A stretch of DNA of 64,000 bases, taken from assembly GCF_022045235.1 (NCBI RefSeq), contig NW_027266330.1, positions 31,558,001-31,622,000 of the forward strand. The letters run 5' to 3'. Shown in pieces: positions 1 to 13,239 of this stretch. Both the position numbers and the translations under genes were made by a program. Each line of letters begins with the position of its first letter. Positions within the stretch are counted from its first letter, which is position 1. This stretch comes from Haliotis cracherodii (Eukaryota). Below the pieces are notes generated by a model that ran no database searches, was not told the origin of the DNA, and was given only the letters and a program-made list of their open reading frames with translations.

Positions 1-380
1 ATTCCAGATATATGACGGTGGCTGTACATAATCAAGTCTGGACCAGACAATCCGGTGACTGAGACTATGGTTTTAGTTGTTTGAGTGTTTGTTTGTTGTT
101 TAACGCCGCACTCAGAAGTATTCCAGATACATATCGGCGGCCTGTGCATAATCAAGTCTGGACCAGACAACCCAGTGACTGAGACTATGGTTTTAGTTGT
201 TTGAGTGTTTGTTTGTTGTTAAACGCCGCACTCAGACGTATTCCAGATATATGACGGCGGCTGTACATAATCTAGTCTGGACCAGACGATCCAGTGATTG
301 AGACTATGGTTTGAGCTGTTTGATTGTTTGTTGTTTAACGCCGCACTCAGAAGTATTCCAGATATATGACTGCGGTCTGT
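1..380 (-). repeat. Tandem ~115-120 bp amplification (about 3 copies) of the 3' tail of SINE-like family D
   Basis: ATTCCAGATA recurs at 1, 120, 240 and 355; each unit carries GTTTGTTTGTTGTTTAACGCCGCACTCAG, the reverse complement of the family D tail. The body of the element continues to ~540. Confidence 0.85.
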
Positions 381-786
381 AAATAACCGTGCCTGACATC
401 ATGAACATCGATCTATGCAGTTGGGATACGATGACATGCATCAAGCACGTCAGTGAGCCTGACCACCCGATCCCCCTATTAGTCGTCTCTTGTGCGGAAT
501 GGGTTTCGGAAAACCAACTCTAACCCGAATCTTCACGGTGGAGCCGGAAACTGCTATACGTCGAAGGGACTGCTTATATATGTGATAACTGGATATAAAT
601 TCGAGTTTAGGGATTTCCGGCGATGTGTTTGGTTTAGTTGCTGCTCCCATGACCCGTTCATTTTTCAACAAATTCCAGAAAGTGACGTTTAGAAAGTATA
701 AACTTTTTGACGGGAACTATATATACTTTTCATGGGGAATCCCCGAGTTGAACACAATTCTCTGGCTGTCTCACATATTCGCATTA

Positions 787-1062
787 GTTAGTGAGTGAGT
801 CTGGTTTAACGCCGCTTTTAACAGTCAGTTATATCGCGGCGTGTCAGCTTAATGTGGGAGGAAAGCCCGAAGGGATGCAGGTCTCAGACGTTTACCACTT
901 CGGTGAAACCCACGAGCACGGGTATGGTGCTGACAAACCTAGAAACATAACCGGGGCGAACCGGGATTCGAACCCACAATCATAGGTTTCTGGCGTGCCC
1001 AAGGGACGCAACTCTGCACAGCGAATCGCGGCGCCTTAGACGACTAGGCCACCCGTGCCCCC
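787..1062 (-). mobile_element. SINE family C (tRNA-Leu-like head, V-domain-like core, (ACTC)n tail)
   Basis: A-box TGGCCTAGTCG and B-box GGTTCGAATCC on the minus strand; TSD ATATTCGCATTA on both sides; multiple copies in the window. Confidence 0.85.
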
Positions 1063-1659
1063 AATATTCGCATTAACCCATGGATGCCAGAGGGACACAT
1101 TGGCCCATATGTCCCTCCTCCTCAACGCTCACGGAGATGTCGAATAAAATTCAAAATGCATCACGCATACAAATACACTGCAAGTTTTCAATTTGAAGAA
1201 AGTTCCCTTTTCTGTGATGTCATTCACTGTCATTTTAGGCAAAGCAAAATTACTGAAAATGACCTGAAAATTTGGAACTTCGTAAATCTCGCCATTTTTT
1301 GACACATTCCTAAATCCCCATTACGGTGCTGTTTTGTGTATGGTTTGAATAAAAATATCGGATATTTACTAGGAAAATTGCATTTCAAATATAGCATATT
1401 AATTAATGATTAGTGCCTTCATCACGGGTATGTGTTTTTTCTCCAATCACCACTGATCATTTTGAAACGTCGCCGATAACCCTGGAATCGATCAGAATGT
1501 TTTGGAAAATACCCAACACGAAGGCCGAAGTGAACCTCCTACCATATTGCATTGGACATTGTTTACAGAATCTCTTTCATGTATGCCGGTTATGAGACGC
1601 CTATGTCAACTCGCATATTTCAAACTCAGCTGCGATACATACATCCTTCAATTCATCCT

Positions 1660-2024
1660 GGACCGCCTCCGTGGTCTAATGGTAGAGCGTCCGCCCGGAG
1701 AGCGGAAGGTCCGGGGTTCGATCCCCAGCCGCGACATACCAAAAGACGTTTAAAGATGGTACTTGTCTGGCGCTCGGCATTAAGGGGCTAAAACAAGGAC
1801 TGGTCGGCTCAGAGTCAGTATACTGTTTCTGAGTGGGGTATTCATGTTAAACTGCGGCATGGTATCTCAGTGTGCTAGCACTATAAATCGGCATCAGTCC
1901 GGACTTGTACAAGCAGCCACACACACACACATACACGTGCATGCACGTCGCTATATAAGTGCAATAATCTTGGATGCGACGTTAAACCCCATTTCACCTC
2001 ACCTCACCTCACCTCACCTCACCT
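1660..2024 (+). mobile_element. SINE family B (tRNA head, Meta-domain-like core, (CACCT)n tail)
   Basis: A-box TGGTCTAATGG, B-box GGTTCGATCC, core CATACCAAAAGACG...GCTCGGCATTAAGG; TSD CAATT(C/T)ATCCT. The Meta-domain assignment is from recalled similarity. Confidence 0.85.
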
Positions 2025-2042
2025 CAATTTATCCTACATTTT

Positions 2043-2208
2043 AGTGAGTGAGTGAGTTTGATTTTACGCCGCTTTTAGCAATATTCCAGCAATATCACGG
2101 CGGGGGACACCAGAAATGGGCTTGAAACATTGTAACCATGTCGGGAATCGAACCCGGGTCTTCGGCGTGACGAGAGAACGCTTTAACCACAAGGCTACCC
2201 GACCGCCC
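2043..2208 (-). mobile_element. SINE family A (~165 bp, tRNA-derived, (ACTC)n tail)
   Basis: A and B boxes; 13-bp TSD TCCTACATTTTAG; more than 12 copies in the window. Confidence 0.9.
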
Positions 2209-2583
2209 CTCCTACATTTTAGAATCAAATAATAAATGGTCTTTGTCACAACAGGCCTATAAACTGTCTAGATTAACACAAGCAAAATACATTACTTGTG
2301 AAAACGAACGCTGTTCTCGAAAAACTGCACTTGTTTGAAATGTAAACAAAGCAGAGATCGGATTTTACACTGTGTAACGTTTTCTCCCATTTTGAGAGAT
2401 CCATTCATCTAGTCGACGTCGTTGCATACAATGACTCAATATTTTTAGAATATGCATGGGCAGTAAGTGTGAAGAATATACCCGCTGTTAGGTCGCTGTA
2501 TTCCAATGTATCTGGTTACGCCTATCGCCTAAAATGTGCGTCACAGTAAGATTTGCATCGCTAAACTTCAAAATGCGAATTTA

Positions 2584-2716
2584 TAAGAAATGAATTTCAT
2601 ATTGTGTTTGTTTACTGGAGTATGAACGCTTTGAATAGTGCAAGTTAAAATCGTGTAAACACCGGAGCCTGCGTTCACACGCAGTAAACCAACATGATGT
2701 GAAATTCATTTCTTAA
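2584..2716. mobile_element. Small palindromic MITE-like element
   Basis: TAAGAAATGAATTTCATATTGTGTTTGTTTACTG pairs with CAGTAAACCAACATGATGTGAAATTCATTTCTTA. Confidence 0.6.
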
Positions 2717-4057
2717 TTACGAGACAGATAAACGCAATTAGCACCGCCCGTTTATTGTAACATACAAATAGGTTGATAATAGTGTTGATAAAAATTGTGA
2801 AAACTAGTTTACTATATAGCTAAAAGGCATTGGGCCATCTTAAACATATTGAGTAATAAAGTCGAGACAAGAAGATGGATGATATTTAATTAAGAATTAA
2901 CGTCAATATGTTTTGCATTTATAAAATGATAAACGTAAAAGCCGGTGTGCATACTGTCTAAACCCGCGTAGCAATTTATTTATAGAATAATCAACGCACA
3001 GCGAAGAAATACGGATTATTTGGTATCATGTGAAAATGGAGAAAATTGCTGTATTAACCCTATGGGTAATATTAAGATATTAATACATATTTTAATGACG
3101 ATAGCATCAATATTGCCTTGAATAGTATAAGATGTATAGAACACGCCCATACAACACAATTACGGACATAATTGAACAATTTTGTACACGCCTTAAGAAT
3201 ATCAAACAGAGGAATAATGCCTTCTTGCATAATATTGAAAAAAGTGGGCGTATATTTTTGTTTATGTGCATCACGTATTTCATCTATCTTTATCACTTCA
3301 CGTGTTTATATGTGCGTGTCACGTGGAGGTTACAACAAGGGGGGTAGACAATATACACCTTGCAGTACACCTACATTCAAACTTACTGCCAGTGGATAAT
3401 ATTGTCACGAGCCATAAGGTGTTGTCACGTCTACGACAAACCCGAGACTGGAGTAGACTCCATATGCATTTTATTATAATAACATGTAAACAATGTCTAA
3501 AATAAACATAAACAAGTAAACAAACAACAAACAAAACATTGGTCCAAAGGTGATGAAATAACTATTTCCAGAAATAGTGTTTATGCCTTCAGAACACACC
3601 AGGAAAGCGAAAAAATATATCTCGTGTTTTTATATTATTCTTTATATTGTTAATGGACACAAGCACTGCTTCCAGCTTTTGACAACACGGGAGCTGCTTA
3701 TTATAACCAGGGACTTTTGATCTCGTTAACTTGAATTTTATATCGTGTTATCCGCGGATCCGTAAACATGGCTAATGAATATTTATTGCGTGATATGGTT
3801 TTGTATGCTGGAATGGACACGACTTAAAGAGGTCATCAGCGGCGTCAGTTGGTCGATCTTTAATCCAAAGTCATAGGGGGAAAAATGGTCTAAAAATCAA
3901 AGAAGACTACTTCATGCGCTTTCAATAAAATGTTTTGTAATTTTCACTTAGTGTTTGAGTGTTTCACTTATAAAGGCGTGGGGTATGTTCAGTGATGAAT
4001 GCAGAGCATGTACACTGACCGTGACGACGGGATGACGTATCTTGCATATCAGAGCGT

Positions 4058-6540
4058 AACAGTGGGGTGGAATACCCGGGATATAGCAGGGCGTGGCAGT
4101 GGGGTGGAATACCCGGGATATAGCAGGATTACAGTGGGGTGGACTACCCGGGATATAGCAGGATTACAGTGGGGTGGACTACCCGGGATATAGCAGGGCG
4201 TGGCAGTGGGGTGGACTACCCGGGATATAGCATGGGGTGGTAGTGGGGTGGACTACCCGGGATATAGCAGGGCGTGACAGTGGGGTGGACTACCCGGGAT
4301 ATAGCAGGATGACAGTGGGGTGGACTACCCGGTATATAGCAGGGTGTGGCTGTGGGGTGGACTACCCGGGATATAGCAGGGCGTGACAGTGGGGTGGACT
4401 ACCCGGTATATAGCAGGGCGTGACAGTGGGGTGGAATACCCGGGATATAGCAGGATGACAGTGGGGTGGACTACCCGGTATATAGCAGGGTGTGGCTGTG
4501 GGGTGGACTACCCGGGATATAGGAGGGCGTGACAGTGGGGTGGACTACCCGGGATATAGCAGGGCGTGACAGTGGGGTGGAATACCCGGGATATAGCAGG
4601 ATGACAGTGGGGTGGACTACCCGGTATATAGCAGGGTGTGGCTGTGGGGTGGACTACCCGGGATATAGCAGAGTGTGAAAGTGGATGGACTACGCAGGGC
4701 GTGACAGTGGGGTGGGCTACCCGGGATATAGCAGGGTGTGGTAGTGGATTTGAATACCCGGGATATAGCAGGGCGTGGCAGTTGGGTGGACTACCCGGGA
4801 TATAGCAGGGGTTGAAAGTGAATAGAATACCTGGGATATTGCAGGGCGTGACAGTGGCCGGACTTCGCGGGATGTGGCAGGGTGTGACAGTGGATGGACT
4901 ACGCGGGATATAGCAGGGCGTGACAGTGGATGGACTACGCGGGATATAGCAGGGCGTGACAGTGGATGGACTACGCGGGATATAGCAGGGCGTGACAGTA
5001 GGGTGGGCTATCCAGGATATAGCAGGGCGTGAAAGTTGATGGACTACTCGGGATATAGCAGGGCTTGACAGTGGATGGACTACGCGGGATATAGCAGGGC
5101 GTGGCAGTGGGGTGGACTACCCGGGATATAGCAGGGCGTGACAGTGGGGTGGACTACCCGGGATATAGCAGGGCGTGACAGTGGGGTGGACTACCCGGGA
5201 TATAGCAGGGAGTGACAGTGGGGTGGACTACCCCGGATGTAGCAGGGTGTGACAGTGGATGGACTACGCGGGATATAGCAGGGCGTGACAGTGGATGGAC
5301 TACGCGGGATATAGCAGGGCTTGACAGTGGATGGACTACGCGGGATATAGCAGGGTGTGGCAGTGGGGTGGACTACCCGGGATATAGCAGGGCGTGACGG
5401 TGGGGTGGACTACCCGGGATATAGCAGGGCGTGACAGTGGGGTGGACTACGCGGGATATAGCAGGGCGTGACAGTGGGGTGGACTACCCCGGATGTAGCA
5501 GGGTGTGACAGTGGATGGACTACGCGGGATATAGCAGGGCGTGACAGTGGATGGACTACGCGGGATATAGCAGGGCGTGACAGTGGCCGGACTTCGCGGA
5601 ATATAGCAGGGTGTGACAGTGGATGGACTACGCGGGATATAGCAGGGCGTGACAGTAGGGTGGGCTATCCAGGATATAGCAGGGCGTGAAAGTTGATGGA
5701 CTACTCGGGATATAGCAAGGCGTGACAGTGGATGGACTACGCGGGATATCGCAGGGCGTGACAGTGGGGTGGGCTACCCGGGATATAGCAGGGCGTAATT
5801 TGAATACCCGGGACTACGCGGGATATAGCAGGGCGTGGCAGTGGGATGGGCTACCCTGGATATAGCAGGGCGCGAAAGTGGGTGGACTACCCGGGATACT
5901 GCAGGGCGTGACAGTGGGGTAGGCTACCCGGGATATAGCAGGGTGTGACAGTGGATTTGAATACCCGGGATTTAGCAGGGCGTGGCAGTAGGGTGGACTA
6001 CGCGGGATATTGCAGAATGTGACAGTGGGGTGGGCTACCCGACTTAAAGCAGGGTGTGACAGTAGGGTGGACTACCCGAGTTATAGCAGAATGTGACAGT
6101 GGGGTGGGCTACCCGAGATATTGCAGGGCGTGACATTGGAGTGGACTACCCGGCATATAGCAGAATGTGACAGTGGGGTGGGCTACCCGACTTAAAGCAG
6201 GGTGTGAATGTTGGGTGGACTACCCTGGATATTACAGGGTGCGACAGTGGATTTGAATACTCGGGATTTAGCAGGGCGTGGACAGTGGGGTGGACTACCC
6301 GGGATTTAGCAGAATGTGACAGTGAGGTGGGCTTCTCGACTTAAAGCAGGGTGGACTACCCGGGATACAGCAGGGTGTGAGAGTGGGTGGGCTATCCGGG
6401 ATATATCAGGGTGTGACAGTGGGGTGGAATACCCGGGATTTAGCAGAGTGTGAGAGTGGGTGCACTACCCGGGATATATCAGGGTGTGACAGTGGGGTGG
6501 GCTACCCGGGATATATCAGGGTGTGACAGTGGGGTGAACT
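4058..6540. repeat. G-rich minisatellite, 35-37 bp unit (CAGTGGGGTGGACTACCCGGGATATAGCAGGGCGTGA), ~65-70 copies
   Basis: Direct periodicity, e.g. CAGTGG at 5105 and 5142; copies degrade towards the right end. Confidence 0.95.
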
Positions 6541-7049
6541 AACCTGAAACCAAATTATTCCAACACAAATATATATAATTACATAAATAAATGTAACGAC
6601 GCACTTGATGGCCCTCTCTCATATATCGTACAAGGTTCGTTAACAGGGTAGATTTATATTATTATTATTTTATTTTTCTATTAAAGAAATAACGTAAATA
6701 GTTTAATATCGTGCGACCAGAATGCTTAATAAAGGGTGTAAAATTGATTATATTATACAAAACTAGACCAGTCATTCCTAAACCATTTGTGACAACGTGC
6801 ACCCGGTGAATCGTTACACATCAATGCCCTGTCATGCAAACGACCAGAAACAATTCCTTCTACAATAGTGTGCATATATTTAATGCCAATATGATCCATG
6901 TTGTGTATGCATATTGTAAGTAACATATGAAGTTTTAGATATAAGATAAATTGAAATGGCGACACATGAACTTGTTTATATGAAATTGCAATACTAAATA
7001 TTATACATATTGCATTGCATTTGTCGAAATTAAATTCTAATCCTAATAA

Positions 7050-7218
7050 GTGAGTGAGTGAGTAAGTTTGGTTTTACGCCGCTTTTAGCAATATTCCAGC
7101 AATATCACGGCGGGGGACACCAGAAATGGGCTTCACACATTGTACCCATGTCGGGAATCGAACCCGGGTCTTCGGCGTGACGAGCGAACGCTTTAACCAC
7201 TAGGCTACCCGACCGCCC
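7050..7218 (-). mobile_element. SINE family A
   Basis: Near-consensus copy; TSD CTAATCCTAATAAG. Confidence 0.9.
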
Positions 7219-7292
7219 CTAATCCTAATAAGACTGAATCAGTTTTTATTTCTTAGACGAGAACAGCAAGTATACAGTGCCATATGTATTTA

Positions 7293-7623
7293 TGAGGTGA
7301 GGTGAAATTGGGTTTAACGTCGCGTCCAAGATTATTGCACTTATATAGCGACGTGCATGCACGTGTGTCTGTGTGTGGCTGCTTGTACTGAGCCGATTTA
7401 TAGTGCTAGAACACTGAAATATCATGCCGCAGTTTAACATGGATACCCCACTCAGACACAGTATACTGGCTCCGAGCCGACCAGTCCTTGTTTTATCCCT
7501 TTAATGCCGAGCGCCAGACAGGGTAACAACAAGTACCATCTTTTAACGTCTTTTGGTATGACGCAACCGGGAATCGAACCCCGGACCTTGCGCTCTCCGG
7601 GCGGACGCTGTACCACAAGACCA
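7293..7623 (-). mobile_element. SINE family B
   Basis: Reverse complement of the 1660-2024 element. Confidence 0.85.
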
Positions 7624-7927
7624 CGTCTTGGACTTACTCTGCAACTAGATGGTCAGTGGGTGATGCTCATTTTCAGAGGTCTTTTTCAGTAAAAAATGTT
7701 TTTTAGAATGTTTCTTTGCCTAAAATGACTTCGGACAGATATCACAGAATAGTGAATTTCGCACAGAAATCAGAACAGTGAAGTGTATTCGTGTGAGCGA
7801 TGTCTTTTCAGTTGTATTCAACTTCGTGGTGAACCAACCTGCCTGTCGGTGGAATGTGAAAGAAATACGGTATCGACCCTGATATGAGGCGGTGGTGATG
7901 GAATCTGCAAAACGTCAAGCGTTGACT

Positions 7928-8142
7928 ATGTATCCCTAGTAGGGACATTGTCGCGTTGTCGCATTGTCACATTGTCGCCCTGACAAAAACAAGCAAAAAG
8001 TGTCAAAATGAACCAAAGCGGGGCAATGCGAAAATACGACAACGCGACATTTTGGCCATTTGTCGCATTGTCGCGCTTAGAATAATATTTTACCAAAGGG
8101 CGACTATGCGACATCGCGACTATGTCCCTTCTGGGACTCCAT
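7928..8142. mobile_element. MITE with ~45 bp imperfect TIRs and internal TGTCGC/GCGACA subrepeats
   Basis: Left end TATGTATCCCTAGTAGGGACATTGTCGCGTTGTCGCATTGTC versus reverse complement of right end TATGGAGTCCCAGAAGGGACATAGTCGCGATGTCGCATAGTC. Confidence 0.7.
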
Positions 8143-8357
8143 AGTTGAATCATATCAACTGTGCTTTCAATGCAAGTAGTGCATGACGATTTACGGTGTT
8201 GCTGCATTCCAAAGGGAAACAAACGACTGCTTGTACATTGCCACTGTCATGTCTCTCCTAACATCAGGCCGTTTCAGCACATTTCAGTATTTTATTGTAA
8301 TTTTGATGTGTTCTTCCACCTCAGATTATCTGTGGAGAAAAAGTGAAACAACAATGC

Positions 8358-8361
<4 letters not shown>

Positions 8362-8432
<71 letters not shown>

Positions 8433-8901
8433 TTCAGTGGAGATCTGTCAAACCTTAGGGTGATAAGCAATCCCAGTACTATGATCACAAATACATACGA
8501 CGAAATTTGGAATCGGTAATGGAATAAGGACCATGGTTTGGACACACACATACACACACACACACGCATGCACGCACGCACGTCTCCTTCTCTCTCTGTG
8601 TCTCTTTCCGTCTCTCTCTGTCTCTCTTTTTTCTCACTGTGTATCTCGCTGTCCTCTCTCTCCATCTCTCTGTGACTCTCTTACTGTGTACCTATCTCCC
8701 CCTCCCACTCCCTCTCTGTGAATCGTCCTCGGTCTCTTTCTCCCTATCTCTGTGTCTTTTCTTTCTTACCGTGAATCTCGCTTGTGTCTCTCTTCTCTCT
8801 CTCATTTTCTCTGTGGCACTGTGTATATCTCTCGGTTCCTCTCTGCGTGTCTCTCTTCTCTCTGTGTGTCCCTCCCTCTCCACCCACCTCTGTCCCACCC
8901 A

Positions 8902-8970
<69 letters not shown>
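8362..8970. repeat. (CT)n microsatellites and CT-rich low-complexity tract
   Basis: Pure (CT)n at ~8362-8428 and ~8908-8970; (CA)n at ~8542-8565. Confidence 0.95.
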
Positions 8971-8974
<4 letters not shown>

Positions 8975-9858
8975 CCCTCTGGGGGCGGTCGGGTAGCCGA
9001 GTGGTTAAAGCGTAACATTATGAAATCAATAATAACAATGCACATAAACATATCAACACATGTTTATATCATATCTATAAATCAAAATTTGATTATATTA
9101 TATCTATATATCTACACATGATTTTATCATATCTATATATCAACACATGTTATTTATATCATGTATATGTATCAAACACGTTGAAATTATACTATTGATA
9201 TTAACATGCATACAAATAAAATAATAATAAATATTACATTTGAGGTAAGTATATGTGACAATGTCTAAAATGAACGTCACGTTAAAATATATTTTAAGAG
9301 TGAGTGAGTATGGTTTTATGATGCTTTTAGCAATATTCCAGCAATGTCAAGGCGGGGGACACCAGGAATATGAGTATTATATATATGAAGAACAAGTCAT
9401 CAAAATACAATTAATGTATGATGAGAATTGTTAAAAAAGTTACTTAAAAAATTTATAAATTATAATAATGATAATAAAGCGAGAACATACTTTCCATTAT
9501 CATAACGAATCTCCATTGTACGATTCCGACTATATCGGAAAGATGTGTTAACATAAACTGTTTTTGCAAATTGTGTGAGTGGCGGGTCCTACACGTAGAG
9601 CTGGGCATGCTTTCCCTTTTCAGGAACACCTGGTAGCATCACTGATTTTCTTTACGCCAAATGGAGTCAGTAGGGGCAGATAATCGAGACTGTTTATTCT
9701 ATGGCGTTGATGTTCAATATTTACGAATCACTATCAAATAGTGATGATATTAAATGTTCGCAAAACCTGAATAAATTCAAAATATAACAATTAAACAAAT
9801 GCTGATATTGTAGTAATGTTAACTGCAATAAGTACGATATGATATTCTATATGAAACA

Positions 9859-10020
9859 GTGAGTGAGGATGGTTTTACGCCGCTTTTAGCAATATTCCAG
9901 CAATATCACGGCGGGGGACACCACAAATGGGCTTCACACATTGTACCCATGTCGGGAATCGAACCCGGGTCTTCGGCGGGACGAGCGAACGCTTTAACCA
10001 CTAGGCTACCCGACCGCCCC
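9859..10020 (-). mobile_element. SINE family A
   Basis: TSD CTATATGAAACA. Confidence 0.9.
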
Positions 10021-10782
10021 CTATATGAAACAAGGCGCACAGGATGTAGTGAGTGATGGATGCATCTTTCATGGATAACAGCAGGGGTTTCATGCCTTGT
10101 CCTTTTTTAAAGAGAATGATTTTTCGTTAACAAAATGTTCAAACAGTTTCATTAACACTGACAGGTTTGAAAATATTTCAGATAAATAACCAAAACAAAG
10201 CTTGAACAAAGCTTCCAGAATATTTTTTTCACATAAAAATATTACAGTAAACTATATTTATAACACGCTTATAACGAACCGGCCATTTGTTATGTATATG
10301 CTGTATATACGCTTATAACAAACTACGGTTATTACGAACTAAAATCAGTGGTCCCTTTGAGTTCGTTATAACCGTATGTATATTTTGAGTATCCATACTA
10401 TTGAAAACGCACCTGTCTTGAACATAATTCCAGCCATGAAGATAGCCTTGTTGGTAGTAGGTAAAGGGAAGAATGGTACAATTACCAGCATTGGTTATAC
10501 AGCAAAGCTCCGTTAATCCAGACACACCTTTACCATTGAAATCACCCTGAAAATAAATTCTGGATTAACGAATTATGGCCGTGGGGTAAAGTCCTCTTGT
10601 ATATACAGACGTACCAGACAGTTCACCTCGGGAAGGAGGGTTTCTGGACTTCCAGGGTCCAGAAATAACGTGGTTTCACTGTTGTAATACAAACTAGTAA
10701 TTGACGCACAGCTTGTCATGGCTCGGAGGTAACGGTGATGACATGTGCTGTTTCAATATTGCAGAGAACAACGAAGTCACTG

Positions 10783-11670
10783 TCAATATAGATTGTAGTA
10801 TGAAGAAGGGGAGGCAAGGACCTTTAAAGACTTCAGTTTCATGGGCTTTTTCCCAGGTGACAAGACAGGCATTGGTCTTACAGGTCGCAGAGCATGTCGA
10901 GGTCTCCTCGGAGGTTTAAAGCTAGGCTGCCGCTGCAGGTACTTCTCCAACGGACTTCTACTCCGGGTCAATTCTGATGCAACGAAACTATAGCCAAAGG
11001 CGGCAATGATAGCAAAGGCGAACCCGACCCAGGCAGCGATGTAGGATTCCTTGAAGTATCGTGTTGTGGCCCGCTTCAGTTCGCTTGGCCATTTCTGGTA
11101 AAACTGCTGGCGGTTTTCAAGTTGGTCCCCGACAAGGTTCTCCTCGATGTAGACTGAGCTGTGGAAGAACGCCATCCCAAGAACTATAACAAATGCAGCG
11201 AGACACACTAGGATGGATGGGACCCACACGTGCGAGCGAGGTCTTGCTATGCAGAGGTATAATCCTGCCATGTAGCAGATGAAAAGCAGCAGCTCGCCCA
11301 CAAGGAACATGGCCATGAAGGTCGTGTACAGGGCCAACATAGAGGTGTACGCGTCACTGGCACCGTCGATGTTGTCACTGAACATCAGCTTGAAGCAGTT
11401 CTTGTCTTCAACCCCACTTATCGTATCAAGGAATTGGGTATCGTTGCCAGGGTAACACTCACGGAACATGCCTCTGTGGCGGGTGTGGTAGTATCGCGCT
11501 GTGATCCCCGTCGATGATGATGTTTGTTGCGTGGTCGTCAGCTTCGTCCTGTCAACTTTGTACAACAACCATTTATCAGTGCCCATGGCAGCAAGGATGA
11601 GGACGATGGCGACGACGTTGGCAATGTTGCCGAGCGTGATGAATAGGGTGACACGTTTATTCTGTCCCAT
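10783..11670 (-). CDS. Claudin/PMP22/EMP-superfamily tetraspan membrane protein, 295 aa, single coding exon
   Basis: Four hydrophobic helices; TM1 followed by TDKW; GMFREC (counterpart of the GLWxxC signature) plus a second Cys (KNCF) in the first loop; SYxxAW before TM4; basic cytoplasmic tail; start context ACCATGG. Confidence 0.85.
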   Translation of the reverse strand: MGQNKRVTLFITLGNIANVVAIVLILAAMGTDKWLLYKVDRTKLTTTQQTSSSTGITARYYHTRHRGMFRECYPGNDTQFLDTISGVEDKNCFKLMFSDNIDGASDAYTSMLALYTTFMAMFLVGELLLFICYMAGLYLCIARPRSHVWVPSILVCLAAFVIVLGMAFFHSSVYIEENLVGDQLENRQQFYQKWPSELKRATTRYFKESYIAAWVGFAFAIIAAFGYSFVASELTRSRSPLEKYLQRQPSFKPPRRPRHALRPVRPMPVLSPGKKPMKLKSLKVLASPSSYYNLY

Positions 11671-12525
11671 GGTTAAGAAGAGGTTTTCAGGTTACTTCGC
11701 GTTGGCAGGCGTGATAGTTTCTGAGGCTTACTCGACCTCCTCCTATTCGAAATGGATAGGGTAATGCCCACGAGTAATGATGTCCCTATATTGTAAACTG
11801 CTTCTTTTGACAAGACTATTCAGCTTTCAGCCTCCCTTATTACCCGGGGTCTGTCTCCAAAGTATTCACTCGCTTTAAACATGTCTTTCTTGAATATACG
11901 GAACAGATCACCAAACGCACGTCAATGTCATGATGACATAACTATAGCATTGGCAGTATGTGTGGGAAGTGTTAGTTTGGTAAATTAGGAGCTTCGCAAA
12001 TAAATCTACATATCGGTTGTGAGACCTCCCCCTCCAGGTATGTCTCACAAACTGTCACACATTGATGCACATTGGGTGATTGTGTTCACAGTCACCACTG
12101 CATCTGGAGATGGGCTTCACAGAGCGGAACAGAATTGTGAGGACGACAGAGCAGTGATATTCGGATCACGTCGTCTTACAAATATCTGATCAGAGCATTT
12201 ATGTTCAGCTGTATGGGAACCTCAGAATAGGCCAGTTGTGAGTATTTGTAACTTTCGTTTTGACAGCAATGTATTGGTGGGCCCGTGAAGGAAGGGTGGG
12301 GCGGGGCAGGGTAGGGTGGGGTGGGATGGGTTGGGTAAGTGGTTGGATCACGTGAACAGTATGTTAAGATGTATCGCATTTCCACATTACACATGAACAT
12401 AATGATCACAACTGTTGTCACAGACACGCAGAGAGAGAGAAGAGAGAGAGGACAGAGAGGTACACAGTTAGAGAGAAAAGAGACACAGAGAGAGGGGGGG
12501 GGGGGGGGGGGGGGGATGGCACAGA

Positions 12526-12686
12526 GTGAGTAAGTATGGTTTAACGCCGCTTTTAGCAATATTCCAGCAATATCACGGCGTGGATACCAGAAATGGGCTT
12601 CACGCATTTTACCCATGTCGGGAATCGAACCCGGGTCTTCGGCGTGACCATCGAACGCTTTAACCACTAGGCTACCCGACCGCCCC
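12526..12686 (-). mobile_element. SINE family A within a GA-rich tract
   Basis: Matches the family A consensus. Confidence 0.85.
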
Positions 12687-13239
12687 AGATCTAGAGGGGC
12701 ACAGAGAGAGAGAGAGTGAGAGAGAGAGAGAGAGAGGGGGGGGGGGGGGTGACAGAGGTGGGTGGAGAGGGAGGGACATACAGAGAGAAGAGAGACACGC
12801 AGAGAGAAAAGAGAGGGACCGAGAGATATACACAGTGCCACAGAGAAAATGAGAGAGAGAAGAGAGACACAAGCGAGATTCACGGTAAGAAAGAAAAGAC
12901 ACAGAGATAGGGAGAGAAGAGGGAGAGAAGGGAGAGAAACACCTGCTTTTGAGAGATGATTTACTAAGTTTTATATCCCCACACAACTGTTTAGGTCATC
13001 ATCCTCTGCTGGTCGGGTCAAACCTCCGTAACACACCATGGCGCTTGTTGGGCACTCTCCTTGATAGTTCTCAGTAGGCACTCGACCCTACATCCGACAC
13101 AATGGCCTGGGTAGTTCGGAGTCCATCTTGGCGGTGTCTTTGTTGAATATCATCTGCTGGTATATCACCAGAAAGAAACCCGTGAGAACAGGGAACATCA
13201 CATGGAAACCCAAATTCTTATGAAATAGATTGTTACTTA

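Noticed and set aside
1660-1735. tRNA-like sequences at the heads of SINE families A, B and C as genuine tRNA genes
   Set aside because: They continue into conserved SINE bodies with simple-repeat tails and TSDs, and the acceptor stems are not intact.
5212-5689. Repetitive ORFs (DSGWTTRDIAGR)n
   Set aside because: By-product of 36-bp minisatellite variants; the frame breaks at 35- and 37-bp units.
8183-9121. (SL)n and (RE)n ORFs, and the 235-aa ORF at 12176-12883
   Set aside because: Translations of CT/GA microsatellites and SINE sequence.
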